Positions 38,689 through 52,186 of a DNA stretch of 64,000 nucleotides are shown piece by piece. Location of the stretch: assembly GCF_006345805.1 (NCBI RefSeq), contig NC_043012.1, positions 30,070,001 to 30,134,000 on the forward strand, given 5' to 3'. The stretch's first letter is position 1. Every line of letters starts with the position of its first letter. The notes beneath the pieces are model-generated. The model saw nothing but the letters and a program-made list of their open reading frames with translations, was not told where the DNA came from and searched no databases. The DNA is from Octopus sinensis. Its lineage: Eukaryota. The position numbers were made by a program, and so were the translations under genes.

Positions 38689-38803
38689 TTAACCTTTAGC
38701 ACACTGTATCTGCATCATGTCACCGTATGAGTTTCTCCCTTGTAGTAGCAGGGCAGTGGCAAGGGAAACAATTCTAGAGAAAATGCAGTGTGCTAAAGGT
38801 TAA
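38689..38803. mobile_element. Very small TTAA-flanked MITE (115 bp) inserted in a family G repeat
   Basis: ttaacctttagcacactg ... cagtgtgctaaaggttaa forms a perfect 18-bp inverted pair including TTAA. Confidence 0.8.
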
Positions 38804-40429
38804 ATAAACAACTGCATGCATTAAGGATGAGCTGGTCATGGTTGGAATAGTTTTGATCTTCTTGAATAGGATTGATCTGGAGTTAAGCAACAACACAAAA
38901 ATATTTCACCATTAAAATTGTAATTTAAAAAAAAAAAATATTAATTTCATATATAAAGCACTAGAATAATCATATTAAGGTACTGAAATGCTAAGGATAT
39001 GACTATGCTGGCAGGAGTTTTACCTTGGTGTAACCAAAGCAAGCCAGGATTAGACTAAATAAGAACCACCATCATAAGCCTTCTGAAACTGTAAAATGCT
39101 TGTGCAGTTATGGTAGAGGAATCAAGCAAAGATTAATGGTGAAAGTCACCAGATATTGGAAGATGAAATTGTATTGGTGACATTGACTAGGGTCACCTAG
39201 TTTTCAAAGTGAAACACTGCTAACATCACTGGTGATCATAGAAATCATTCAGCCAAGGTATTTTATTCTTAATAAGCTCAACCCAGTGCTGATGATTTCC
39301 CTTAGATATCAGATTAAAAATTTATGAGAACCCTCTAAGAATGGTGTTGAAAGATGTTAAAATATTTTTTGTTTAAACTCCAAAACCTTGTTATTTCTCC
39401 AAGTTGAAAAACAAAAAACAATTTTTTAAAAAATCAGTGTAATATTAAGTTAAATTTTGAATGAGTTGGTAACTTAATAAAATTCTCAAGATGTTTCTTA
39501 TTAAAGTTCTGACCAGATGGTAAAAGGCATGAGAAAAAAAAATTGTGTTGCCTCTGTAAAAAGAAAAGAAATTAAAAATAAAGCAAAATACTTTCTCTAA
39601 ACATCATGGGTGTTTTAAAGAGTGAGATGAGAAATAATTATGGCAGAATGTTTTTTCTTTTCTTTTTTTTTTTTGTATCCTGGATTCCATTACCATTAAG
39701 TCTGGATTAACTCTTCATCATCATCTTCAGTGTAATTGTTCATCATCAGTGTTCACATCATTGTTATAAATTGTGTTTTACCATAACCATGTTCTGCATT
39801 AAAAAAAAAAAATCTTGTTTTTTTATTTGGAATGTTATTCCTTAAATATTTTGAAATCTCCTCCTCTTCTTTTCCTGTTCTATCACTTTCTCCTAGTTTC
39901 TATTTTTCCATTGCCGCCAATTATCAAATTTCTATCTTGACTAGAAAGTAGTGTAATTCTTGCTGTAGGCTGGATGTTTCCTCGTCAAATCTATTTATTT
40001 AGCGAGGTTGGATGAAAATATCTGTTGTTTATGTTGTTGTTACTTCCTGTCCATAAATATTGTTGCAGGAATGGGATTAGTGTGCCAAATATTTCTTTGA
40101 AATTCTTTGGAGAGTAGGAAAAAAGCAAAATCGTATTTTATCATGAAGTTCTATTTTTTTAAGAATTAAGTAATTAATGAATATTTGATTCCTTTTAAAT
40201 AATAATAATTGTTATTAGTTTTCTTTTTCTTTTGGATAACTGTTTGTGTGGTATGTTGGAAAGGTTTTGCCAAAGCAAATGATTTTGATGAAATAACTGT
40301 TGTGTTTCTAACATCAGTTCTTTTTGAGCAGATCAAAGTCATAAAGGTAGCCATTTGATTGGTTAAAAGCAATGTATAGGTCTTAGATTTTGACTGAAAG
40401 GTCACAGCTCCAGTACAATTAACATATGA

Positions 40430-40640
40430 TTAGAATATTGCAGAAAAAGAGTCACAAGATAGATTCATGAAGCCAAGTCAACTGACAGGAAACCTCGGGG
40501 TAGACCAAGAATGAGATGGTTGGATAATATCCATTGTCTCATTTGGTCATGCTTAGGAATTCAGCCAGAAAGTCTAATTAATGATGGTTGCTTCTGATGG
40601 ACCTGTATGGAGGAGGTGCCTGAGGACCTTTCTGGAAATA
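40430..40640 (+). mobile_element. RTE-type LINE C-terminal fragment
   Basis: Encodes IHEAKSTDRKPRGRPRMRWLDNI...MVASDGPVWRRCL, the typical GRP..RW.D.I post-RT motif. Confidence 0.65.
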
Positions 40641-41289
40641 GCGGGCAGACAAAATCGTGGGATGGCTGTTATTTGGCCACAAGGTCAAAATATAGAATTA
40701 TTACCTTGTCCAACCTTGAAAAGCACCGCTCTGAGCAGAACTTGTAAATTACTGAGATCCCTGTGATTCCCCTATGCAAGGTCTATTTGTTACTAAGAGC
40801 TTAGTGATTCAGGGAAATAGTTTTGTACATTGGTCTTGTGTTAAGAGATCCTCACAGCTGTTAAATTTCGGGGCAAATAACCATTGTCATTCAGTGTGGT
40901 TTCTATTAAAAACTGGCTTAAGCAAGTGTACATCAGTTGTTGTCCTTCAGAAACCTCTATAAACCCTGTATAAATATTTTGGTTAGATCATTGAACTGAC
41001 ACAGGTAAGGTTAGCTGAACCTCCTCTTATATAAATATACCAAATCGAAGCCAACAACACAACACTTTCCGTTGTTTTTTCTCTCTTCTCTTTTTTTTCT
41101 TCTCATTTCTAAAGTCAACTTTTCTTCCTGCAGTTTACTGCATCCAAATCAATCCTTGGCAAGTGTGTCTTAAATACCAGTTCAGTGTTGTTGATAACCA
41201 CTTGACGTTTGATCGCTGTGCCATAGTGCTTATTTATTTATAACACTTCAAAAATCTCTCCTCTGTAGTTTCTAATCTAGAAGTGTAGG

Positions 41290-41670
41290 CATGGTTGGAT
41301 GTGTGGTCTTGGCTTTCATCCCACTGTGTAGCACCTTGGGCAAGCATCTTCTAGTATAGCCCTGGGCTGGTCAAAGCCTTCTGAGTGGATTTCGTAGATA
41401 GAATCTGAAAAAAGTCCATTATGTATGTGTTGTTTTTCTGTGTACCCTGTTTTGACATCATGTGATAGTTGTAAATGAGCATCACTGTCGTACAAGTGAT
41501 GTTGTTTGTTTCCAATCTTCCATGAAAACATGTCTGGCCAAGAGGGGAATATTACTCTGCATGAAAACAGGTGAGAGCTAGCAACAGGAAGGGCCTGTAA
41601 TTGTAGAAAATCTAGGTCAATAGATTCTGTTCCATCCATGCAAGGATGGAAAAGTGGATGCTAAATGGTG
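41290..41670 (+). mobile_element. SINE family A head plus tail 2
   Basis: accttgggcaagcatcttctagtatagcc...ttgacatcatgtgatagttg...ggaaaagtggatgctaaatgg. Confidence 0.65.
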
Positions 41671-41679
41671 ATTGTTCTT

Positions 41680-42020
41680 TCTTTACTTGTTTCAGTCATT
41701 AGACTGCGGCCTTGCTGGAGCACTGCCCTACATTTTTTGTGAATGAATTGACTCCAGTACTTTTTAAGCCTAGTACTTATTCTATCAGTCTCTTGCCAAA
41801 CTGCTAAGTTATGGTGACATAAACACACAAGCACCAATTGTCAAGTGGGACACTCACACATGCATACACACACACACACAACAGGCTTTCAGTTTCTATC
41901 TACCAAATCTATTCATAAGGCTATAGTAGAAGACACTTGCCTAAGGTGCCATGCAGTGGGACTGAACCTGGAACCATGTGACTGGGAAGTAAACTTCTTA
42001 CCACACAGTCTTACCTGTAG
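41680..42020 (-). mobile_element. SINE family A (tail 1), inverted relative to the adjacent copy
   Basis: tttacttgtttcagtc...gtagaagacacttgcctaaggtgccatgcagtgggactgaacctggaaccatg. Confidence 0.7.
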
Positions 42021-43964
42021 CATGATGATATTTTCCATTCACATTTGTTTCCCATGCTAGTTTTGGTTGAAATGTGGAATATTTTGCTGTAATTATTACA
42101 ACAAATACAGCAATCTTAGCCTCCTTTCCACTCCTTGCTTACTTTTTCTGTGATATGGTCTACTTCTTTCAGAGCTGACCAGAAAACATTCAATTGTATT
42201 TATACTTTGTTGATGTGTGTGTGTAGCATTTAACTTGATATTTCCATCTATTTACAAGATTTTCATACATTATTAGCAAGTGAAAATTTTGAGGAAAAAG
42301 CAGGAAATATTTTTCAGACCAAATAGAATTGTGCTACCCACCAGATAATAACCTGTGGGAGGAAGGCATTGACATTCATATCCCTGCTAATGGTATACAC
42401 TAAGTCACAGAGGCGGAATGGCATTTATTTTTCACTCAACATGGATTGTGACACTTGTGGGGGAGGTGATGTGCTTTCAGTTTTGAAAATATTCCCTCAT
42501 TGTCAGGGAGATATTGTTTTTTACTGTTAATTAGCCCCAATGGTCTTGCAGCAAGACAGTATAAATAATATCTGCTGAAACTGTGCAGTTTGTCAAAGCT
42601 AGCCTTGACCACATTTAAAAGGGAAACCTGCCTGCTTGATAAATAAACATCGCCTTCCTGAAAATATTCAACCTCTTGTCTCTGCCTCCCTTCTACTATT
42701 CATTGATTCTGGTCTTTAACAGGTGCTACTCTTTGTCTAACTCATTGACCCCTTCCTTCTTGAGACACTGTACCAATCATTTCATACTACTTCTCCCACC
42801 ACACTCTGTCACTCATTTCCTTTCTCTCCTGTTCTCATTAGACACTTCTAAACAAACTGAAAATGTAACACCTCTTACTGTCACTTTGATCCCAAAGTGC
42901 TGACCCACGGTTACAGGTCAGGTTACCCTTCTAACAAGATGGTTAGAATTTAAAAAGAAACAAAAAATATGTTATGTGCCAGTTTTATCCAATATGGAGG
43001 AGAGTGAGATGTAGGAATATTAATTGATGATTAGATTGTGTTATTGAATCTGATTCTGTCCCAATGAACTTTTGGAGCCATCATTTAACCCTAACCCTAA
43101 CCCATCCCAACCCATTTCTTTGTTCTCCAATTAAAACAAACTTTATTTGTAAGCAGAAAGTTTTGTCTATTACAGACCAGTTGTGATAATACTTATTTTT
43201 TGGGGATTGATTTTTGCTTTAAGTTGGCATGATATATATATATATAGGTACGTGTTTGTATAAATACATATGTGTGTGTGTGTATGTTGTATATACATAC
43301 ATGTGTGTGTGTGTGTATTTTATATTCTTTTCTACTCTAGGTACAAGGCCTGAAATTTTTGGGGAGGAGGAAGCAGTCGATTAGATTGACCCCCAATATG
43401 CAACTGGTACTTAATTTATCGACCCCAAAAGGATGAAAGGCAAAAGTCGATCTTGGTGGAATTTCTACTCAGAACATAAAGACAGATGAAATACTGCTAA
43501 GCGTTTCGCCCGGCGTGCTGTTTCCATCAGCTCACCACTTTGTGTGTATTTTATATTGTGTCAGTTATTGGGCTGGGGCACTGCCTTGAATGGTTTTAGT
43601 TGAACAAATCAACCCCAGTACTTATTTTTTTAAAGCTTGGCACATATTCTGTTAGTTCTTTTGCCAAATTGCTAAGTTATGGAGATGTAAACAAACCAAC
43701 CCTGGCTGTCAAGCAGTGGTGGGGAACAAACAAACACGTACACAACACACGATGATCTTTTTTTTAATTTCCATCTTCTTTGGCCATTCACAAGGCTTTG
43801 ATTGGCCCTGGGCTAAAGTAGAAGTCACTTGCCCCAGGTGCTATGGAACCATCTGATTGGGAAGCGAACTTTTTACCACACAGCCAGGCCTGATGTATCT
43901 TTGAATATGTAATTCTTTATATTCTTTTAATTGGTTCCAGTCTTTGACAAAACTGCGCGGCTGC

Positions 43965-44185
43965 AGTTCAATCTCTATTTATTGATTGGCTAAGTCTACC
44001 TTTGGCCATTGTTTTGAATTTAATTATGCATGGTCTCATAGCTTTAAGATTTCGATGATGTGATTGTATATTTTTAGAATCGACATTGCAGGGTAGGTGT
44101 GAGAGGCCATATATGGCCAGTTTGAACCTAGTAGAAGTAGAATATTTGGGACCAGTAATGGCTGGTTTAAATGTTAATGGGTTAA
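43965..44185. mobile_element. Second TTAA-type MITE family, one end recognisable
   Basis: Ends in ...tttaaatgttaatgggTTAA; the other end is decayed. Confidence 0.4.
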
Positions 44186-44469
44186 ATGTGGACATTTCTG
44201 TCTCAGTAGTCTGTCAATTTGATTAGTTGCACTAATTACAAGTCCTCTACTAATTACTAGACTCATTTCTTCTCTAGAATCTTTTATTTTTTCCTTGTTT
44301 CAGTCACTGAACCACAACCATGCTGGAGCACTTCCTTGGAGAGTTTAGTCAAACAAATCAACATATAATTTTAAATCTGGTACTTATTCTATCAGTTTCT
44401 TTTGCCAAACTGCTAAGTTATGGGGATATAAACAAACCAACAGTTTGTCTTTTTCTTCTTCTTTGAATC

Positions 44470-44690
44470 CCTAGCTGACAACTGGATGAGGGGGGCTGCT
44501 GTGGGTACTGGGCTCTGGTGATGATATTCCACACTTTCCAATCCATGGCCTTAGCATGCTTGTGGTTGAGGTGCTGATACTTCAGGTCTTCCTCAATTTG
44601 TTTCACCCAACATCTCCCTAAGGACCAAGATTGTCTTCTCTGCAGGCTGGTTTTGTCGGTCCTCCTCCACCTGGACCATCCTCAAACAAG
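44470..44690 (-). mobile_element. RTE-type LINE C-terminal fragment
   Basis: The minus strand encodes WVKQIEEDLK...AKAMDWKVWNII. Confidence 0.5.
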
Positions 44691-46227
44691 ACCCGAACAC
44701 AGGTTGTCAAGCTGTGGAGCAGACACACACACACTCACATAGATAACTTTCCTCACCACCCCGTAGTTTCCGTCTACCAAATTCACTCTCGGGGCATTGG
44801 TTGATCTGAGGCTATATACTAGAAAGCATCTGCCCAGATTGCCGTGTAGTGGGATTGAACCCAAAACCACATGGTTGCAAAGTGAGCTTCTTAACCACAC
44901 AGCCATGTTAACTCTTCAGAATTTCCTTTCTGCACATTTTCCTGCAACCATTGACTTGAAATTATTCAAGAAGAGCATTAACTGCAGGCCTCTAAAGAAC
45001 TTCAAAAGCTCTGAGTGGGGTCCTTTCCTCCAGATCAACCCCAACCCATTGTTTTTTTCTCCCTCTCCTCTCTTTCTCTCTCTAATATATTTACGTTTCC
45101 TTACATCTCTTTCTCTGTTCCTTTCATAAATATAAATCTCATCTCTGAACAATTCTTTTTTATTTCATTTTATCATGGTGTTCCCCCACCCTCACCCCTC
45201 TTCTATGTCCATCATCTTTACCTTTGAAGGACATATTTGACACAGTGTAGTCCTTGACTAAAAGGCAGGATGGCCACAGCTGGAATGCTGTGGATTATAG
45301 GCCTCCTCAATCAGGGCTGCGATGAAAGTAAACAACACCAGTATTAAGTTTTAAGGATGTGTTTGATGAGCTAAAAATAACCTTAGCAACTGTTATTTAC
45401 TATAACGTAATTTTGAAATGTCCTCTGCTTCTGGCCTTCCTGTGGTTAAATACCAAGCAAACTTTGATTCATATGATTTTAATGTATTTTACACAATGCT
45501 ACTGAACAACAACAATGTCGATGATGATGATGATGATAATCTGTTTTTCTTCTCGTTAGAAGATATTTTCTTCTTTCTATTATAATCTATTGAACGTTTG
45601 AGGAGGGATTGCTGTCTATTTTGTTGTTCTTCTATAAACTGATAATTATGCTCTTTGTTTCTTGTTTTCTTAACTTTATCTCTCAAGTTATTAGAGCTTA
45701 TGCCTCTGGTGATTGTTACAGCACCAACACCACCAAAACCGTCACCACCACATCTCTTCTTTTTCTTTTTTGGAGGGGCTTCAGTGAACCAAGACGAAAT
45801 ATCGATCCCACTTGCCCTTCACAGGTTATGATGATTGACATTAGTAAAACCAGTGAGTTGTAAAAAAGAGAAGAAAAAAACCGCACACAGATCAAAGACT
45901 TGTAATCACAATTCATGCAGATATGTTAAGATGATGAAACTGATGGAGAAACGTTGACAGAACCGCAATGGAAAATACGCATGGCACATCTCCCTCGCCA
46001 GCAAGCCTTAGTTTAGAGGGTGTTCATTGTCAAACCTTTGTCTTCTCTTTTATCATTGCATCTTCTCAATATGGCCTTTTCTATGTAAACGTATCTGATA
46101 GCTGCAATATAATCTTATTTTATTAAGTACCCAGTAGATCATTCTGATTGTCTATTCAAGAGTATACCTCATGTGCACCCCCTCCCCTCCACGAATAAGG
46201 TACACTTTGTAATGTTGTTGTTGTTGT

Positions 46228-46412
46228 TTACTTCCAGTTCAGCCCTGGTCATGGTCTATGATCAAAAACATTCCACCCGTGGCCATCCTGTCTTTTTTTA
46301 AAATTTTTGTGTCCATATCTGGGACTACTTTGTGTCCAGTATGTCTTTCCTTTCTTAAGATGTTAGACTGGGATTTAGCAGAAAATTTGGCTGCTATTTC
46401 TAGCAGGTCATG
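46228..46412 (-). repeat. Interspersed repeat family G (representative copy)
   Basis: cagccctggtcatggtctatgatcaaaaacattcc...aaatttggctgctatttctag. Related fragments lie near 23100, 31750, 33750, 34970, 38640, 45250 and 47620. Confidence 0.6.
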
Positions 46413-46862
46413 TAACCATGTGAGTTTCCATGTTGGTTTGTTTAGATGGCTTAAATCCTGGATGATGCAGTATTAGGTCAGCTCATTAAAAGTTGAACAA
46501 GCTCCAAACATCATCACCAATAATTGGAAAATCAGTTTAAAATTCAGGTTTCCATGTTCGGAACGTATTCAGTATTAAAGTGATAAGGACCAATATTGGT
46601 GGGTTGGTGTATTGTTGTGTCGTTACATAACATACTTCATGTATGTTAAGTAAGTCAGTTTGGGGCAGGTTTTTGTCCTACCAGCCAAATTTCATGAAGG
46701 ACTTGTAGATTATACAGTACAGCCTAGTACCATATTTTATGGCATATAGTTTTATAAATAACTGGCTGTGCAGTGTGCTGCATTTGATCTTTTAGCATTT
46801 GGATTACTCTGTCAAATTTAATGTTTCTCTGTTTACCTTGTTTTGAATTAATCATGGCAATG

Positions 46863-47149
46863 AGTGTTCCAGTTGATCGGATCAGTGGAACAGCCTGTTC
46901 CTGAAATTAACGTGCAAGTGGCTGAGCACTTCAGAGACAAGTGTACCCTTAACATAGTTCTCGGGGAGATTCAGCATAACACAGAATGTCACATGGCAGG
47001 CCCCTTTGGAATTACAGGTACAACTCATTTTTGCCAGCTGAGTGGACTGGAATAACTTGAAATAAAGTGTCTTGCTCTAGGACATAAATGCACTGCCAGC
47101 AATTGAACTCACAACCTTACTATCATGAGCCACATACCCCAACCACTAA
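46863..47149 (-). mobile_element. tRNA-derived SINE family F
   Basis: Minus-strand tRNA-like head followed by a gtcctagagcaagacacttt...ccagtccactcagctggcaaaaatgagt central domain, shared with 58640-58917. Confidence 0.65.
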
Positions 47150-48436
47150 AATGTGTTTTCACTTATGGCATGTAAGGCAGACTGGTTTTTTTTTTTTTTT
47201 TTTTTTTTCAAAAACGTCGCAAAATATCACCCCACAATCTATATGCGAGGCTGTATTGCTGATATTGCACCAAAATTAGAAAGAATTATTGTGATTAACT
47301 TCTAAAAAAAAAAAAAAGAAAACCAAATCCTCTGAATAAACACCTGTTCAAAGACTGATCTCTTTGCCAATGTCCAGCCTGAAAAGCTTGACAATAGTCT
47401 CCATCCATTTAGCTCTTAGAAGTAACAATAACAACAGAAATGAGATCCTATCAAAGTTGATTTTAGAAAATCCCATATTGGGTCATTAAACTACGACTGG
47501 GAGCAGATTCTCTTCTTTCACACCTATCATGAACACCACTGCTGCTATTACAGATACAGTGTTATGGGTTGAAACACTGGAGGGGCCTAAGCTGTTACTT
47601 GGACACTTCTTAATAAAAGATGGGACTGTCATAAATGAAATGCCTTTGATTATAGGCCTGTCCTGACCTGAGGCTAAACAACAACAAACAAACAATTGTT
47701 TCAATAAGCAAAGGTTTAAGTTTTGCTGACACAAAAATCCCAAACTGGGTCATTAAACTAGGACTGGGAGCAGATTTTCTTAGGTTTTTCAAGGTCCATT
47801 GACATTAGCTTTAAGACAACATCCTTGTTAACATTACAAAACTGGATGAGAATTCAACCCTGCTAGAAATAGCAGTGTGTCTTGATGTTAATTTGATTGA
47901 TGAAGATTTGCTGGGAATTTTCTTTCAGTTTACCTTGTTTGTTTTTCTCTTTTGTATATATTATTTTTTAAAGAAATCTATTGTTAATAGTTCCTTTGGT
48001 CTTCCATGAAATCTTTAGAACCTTCCATACTTGTCATTTATCAGTCCTAATAAATATCTCCATATGTTAGTTAATAATAATAGAGGCCAAATTTGGTTTC
48101 TTTATTTTGTTTTCTTTTTAGTAACTTTCACAATTTTTAATTTTACTTTTAAGATATAAAACTCATTCAGAAATAGTTTTATGAGTTTATGAGGTTTTTC
48201 TCCTTTTCATTTCTTTTTCTTTTGCATTCCCTCTAAACTTATCACATTTTATGCCAGATATACAGCAAATCCATTTTTTTTTCCTGCTATTATTGTGTAA
48301 TTAAAAGAAAGAAAAGACACACAGTCACTCTGCTACTGCTTGTATTGTCTCTTTCTTCTTATTCAAAAAATGAAAAAAAGGAAGGAAAAACTATTTTGCT
48401 GATATCAATTCATGCATAAATATTTTACGTCATTAA

Positions 48437-48469
<33 letters not shown>

Positions 48470-49933
48470 AGAAACCATTGTTAAAACATCTAAGGAGCCA
48501 TTATTATTGCTGCTGTTATTCCTCCTCCTCCTCCCCACCACCATTATCACTATTAAAGACATCACCATTATTGCTGCTTCTACTATTGATAATTTTTTTT
48601 TATTAGCCACAAGGGCTGATCATAATGCAAAACATCATAGAGCAGTGTGTATACATCCCTAGATGTGGAGATATATACACACACTGAATGGACATGAATG
48701 AAAAACATAATACAACTAGAAACAACAGGTTAAAAATTTTAATACATTCTATAGAATAAAGGTGGGGGGGAACCATCACCTGTGGTGGATCAAAGCATTC
48801 TAAAACCTCCACCCACCTTGCATTCTTGGTAGTTACCCTTTCCTGACTGCATTCCTGAAGTAAATTTCAAGGCTTGGCCCTCTTACCTGTATGTACTCAA
48901 CACTAGGATTCACTTATCATATCTTATCATATCTTCCTCTCCACCCTCCACTTCAAGTTGATAAGAGCTTGAGTAGAGAGCAGAGAGATAATCTTATGTT
49001 CAACCCTCTCAAATGTGTCTTTTGCCATAACCACGAGGTGAACTGCTGGCTTTGTTAAAGGTGTCCAAAAGGGATGAACTTTAGAAGGATTCAGCTGACA
49101 GTTGGATCTGTTCTGCAAATGAAAACAGCTGTTTGTTATAGTTCAACATATCAGAATTGATTGGTCACTGAGTGACTGTATGAAGAACTCTGCACTTTGA
49201 CATACTGACTGCATGTTGTGAAGCGGATACTGCCATATTCTGTGGTGAATATCAGATTTAAACTGGCTGTGAGTAGTTGAGCTGCCAGATATTGATGGTT
49301 GACTCTTATCAAACTCTTTAGACAATCCCATCAAAACCAGATCTGTACCTGATCCTCTTGATGGTGATTTACATGAGATGGAAACTATCTTCAGTGGATC
49401 TGCTTGAAATGGCATTACTTTGTGAAGGCTTGGCAACACTCTTGGCAAGAAGCACCATTTTGTGTTTTGTCAGTACTTTTGACCATAACCTTTAACTCTG
49501 CATTCAGCAGTCTGAGGTCTGGTATTTTCTGTAATGTCCTACAAGACCCTCAGGTGTAGGCGTGGCTGTATGGTTAAAAAGCTTGCTTGGTGTCAGCAAT
49601 CCCACTGTGTGGAAGCTTGTGAGTGGATTTGGTCATTGGAAACTGAAAGAAATCCTCTGTCTGTGTGTGTGTGTGTCATTTTAATGTCAACTTTTCTATA
49701 CTTGCAAGGGATGGACAGAGTTTATTGAGGCAGATTTTCTATGGCCAGGTATTCTTCTTGTCAGACTCACTTGTTTCCAAGTAACGCAATATTTATCCAT
49801 GGGCAGTCATGTTTTCACAGAATAATGCAAATGAATCACACTGCTTATATGATAGTGACAATCATTTACAACTACCAATGTGATGTCAAGACAAGGCAAC
49901 AGAGACCCTCATGCATACACGTGTATGGTCTTT

Positions 49934-50995
49934 GAGTTAACCTAGCAAAAACCAAAGTCTTAGTAGGAAGGCAGACAAATCACAAATCCCTTCAGGTAGA
50001 TGGCCCTGCTTGATCTATAGAAAAGGCATAGGTAGAAATTCCGTCATATGTACCTGGTATAAGCTTTGGGCACATAAGAAGTGCAGCAATATCAGAGGAA
50101 GGTTAACAGGGAAACTAGCTTCTGTGTGTGGAAGATGCACAGCTACAATAAGGACCAAAATGTACATAAAATAGACTCCATCAACTGCCAGTCGCATAAG
50201 TAGATGTAGTAGATAGCTTCCATCACCAAGTTAGTAGCAGAGGTGGATGCTCCGAGAGCGTAGCTGTGAAAATAAGAATAGGTTGGGTAAAGTTCAGAGA
50301 GCTCCTACTTCTGCTAGCAACAAAGGGCCTCTCCCTCAGAGTGAAAGGCAGATTGGATGATGCCTGTGTGCAAACAGCTATGCTACATGGCAGTGAAACA
50401 TGGGTTGTGACAGCCAAGGACATGTGTAGGTTTGAAAGAAATGAAGCCAGTAAGCTTCGCTGGATGTGTAATGTCAGAGTACATGTATGACAGAGTGTAA
50501 ACATCTGAGAGAAATGCTGGGCATAAGAGGCATCAGATGTGGTGTGCAAGAGAGGCGACTGCTGGTATGGTCATGTGATGCATATGGATAAGGACAGCTG
50601 TGTAAAGAAGTGCTGCTCTCTAATTGTGGATGGAACCTGTGGTAGAGGTAGACTCAGGAAGACATGAGACGAGGTGGTGAAGCATGATCTTCAAACTTTG
50701 GACCTCATGGAGGTAATGACTAATGCAATATGCTGTGATTGAGAAGGAGACCCACCCATCAAGCCAAGTGAAATCATAGTTGTGGCAGATATCGGTGTCA
50801 CACAAATGGCACCCATGCTGGTGGCACATGAAAGCACCTGTCACACTCTCAGAGTGGTTGGCATTGGGAAGGGCAGTCAGCAGTGGAAACCATGCCAAAT
50901 CAAACTGGAGTCTGGTGCAGCCTTCCAGCTTGCCAAGCCTGGTCGAACTGTCCAACCCATGCCAGCATGGACAATGGATATTAAATGATTATGAT
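49934..50995 (+). mobile_element. RTE-type LINE 3' fragment (end of RT, Cys-rich insert, C-terminus, 3' UTR)
   Basis: Encodes RVNLAKTKV, WPC...KLWAHKKCSNIRGRL...VCGRC, KIRIGWVKFRELL...MLHGSETW and RWMCNV. The UTR ends acccatgccagcatggacaatggatattaaatgattatgat. Frameshifted. Confidence 0.88.
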
Positions 50996-52148
50996 ATATA
51001 TAAGGCTTCTTTCAGTTTTCATCTATCAAATCCACTCACAAGGCTGTGGTCAGGCTGGGGAAAACCTCAATGTCATGTGATGGTTGTAAGCAAGCATCAC
51101 CATTATACAGGTGATGTTGTTTGTTTCCAATCTCCTGTGAAAAATATCTCTAGCCAATAGAAATATTACGTTTGGCAATAAGTGAGGGTTGGTAACAAGA
51201 AAGGCATTTGGTTATAAAATATCTGCCTCAACCAATGTCTGACCAATGCTAGCATGGAAAAGTGGATGTTAAAACTATGATATTGAAATCTCCCTTGATT
51301 TTGTTCACACAGCTGAGAATTCTTGCAGTTTGCTTCCAGTTCCAACTCTGTTAAAAGAGAGTGTCAATAAGTCTGGTATACCGCAATAAGTTTTGAAGGG
51401 AAGACCATCCAGTCTTGGGGACTTGACTCTTGCATAGTCTGTGAGAACCCCTGCTATTTCAGAAGCTAAAATTCAAATTTCTGAGCACATCTCTGAGATT
51501 TGAAGGCAGACTTTTACCACACAAACACTTCATGTGTTCGTATTAATGTGGCCATCAGTTTTTCACACTGTATAAGGTTCATTGTTTTTTTTTCTAAAAG
51601 TTGTCTGTACTGTTATAAACATTTTCCTATATAATCCCTGTATCTGTACTCATTTACTTTCCAGTGTTGTAGTCTCCCTTATTACTGACATAAAGAATTA
51701 TTATTATTATTATTATTATGATAATGTCACTGAGTTGAAAACTGTTGCCAGGGTTCATTTTGTTTAGTTTTTGTTTTTTCTTGCTGTGGCTTCTTTCCTA
51801 TCGTTCTCTTCAGCTCTGTAAAACAAGATTCAGTGGATTTATACACAGCTTGGACAAAACAATCTTCCATAGGTCTTGTCAAGCAACTCATTACTATTTT
51901 GGTTGTCAGTGAAGTAAACAACACATGCATGCATGCAGGAGCACGTGCGCATGCATGCACACACACACATATACACATTCTCTTTCATCTTTGGAGTTTG
52001 ATATTTCTTACAAGGCCTTCATATGATTTTCATGATGAGCTATTTCTGCTTGACTACACTGCTTCTTTTCAAAGCTCATCATATTGCCTGCAGATATATA
52101 TTTACATATATATATATATATTGTATGTGTGTATATGTATATATTGTA

Positions 52149-52186
<38 letters not shown>

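Noticed and set aside
41100-41260. UBE2R2 exon 2 behind the strong acceptor-like ttttcttcctgcag
   Set aside because: No frame gives the expected FP.DYPYSPP/WHPN motifs; the LHPN match is incidental and followed by a stop.
45828-45944. C/D-box snoRNA (ATGATGA ... CTGA)
   Set aside because: There is no terminal stem or recognisable rRNA guide, and TGATGA is ubiquitous here because of (GAT)n tails.
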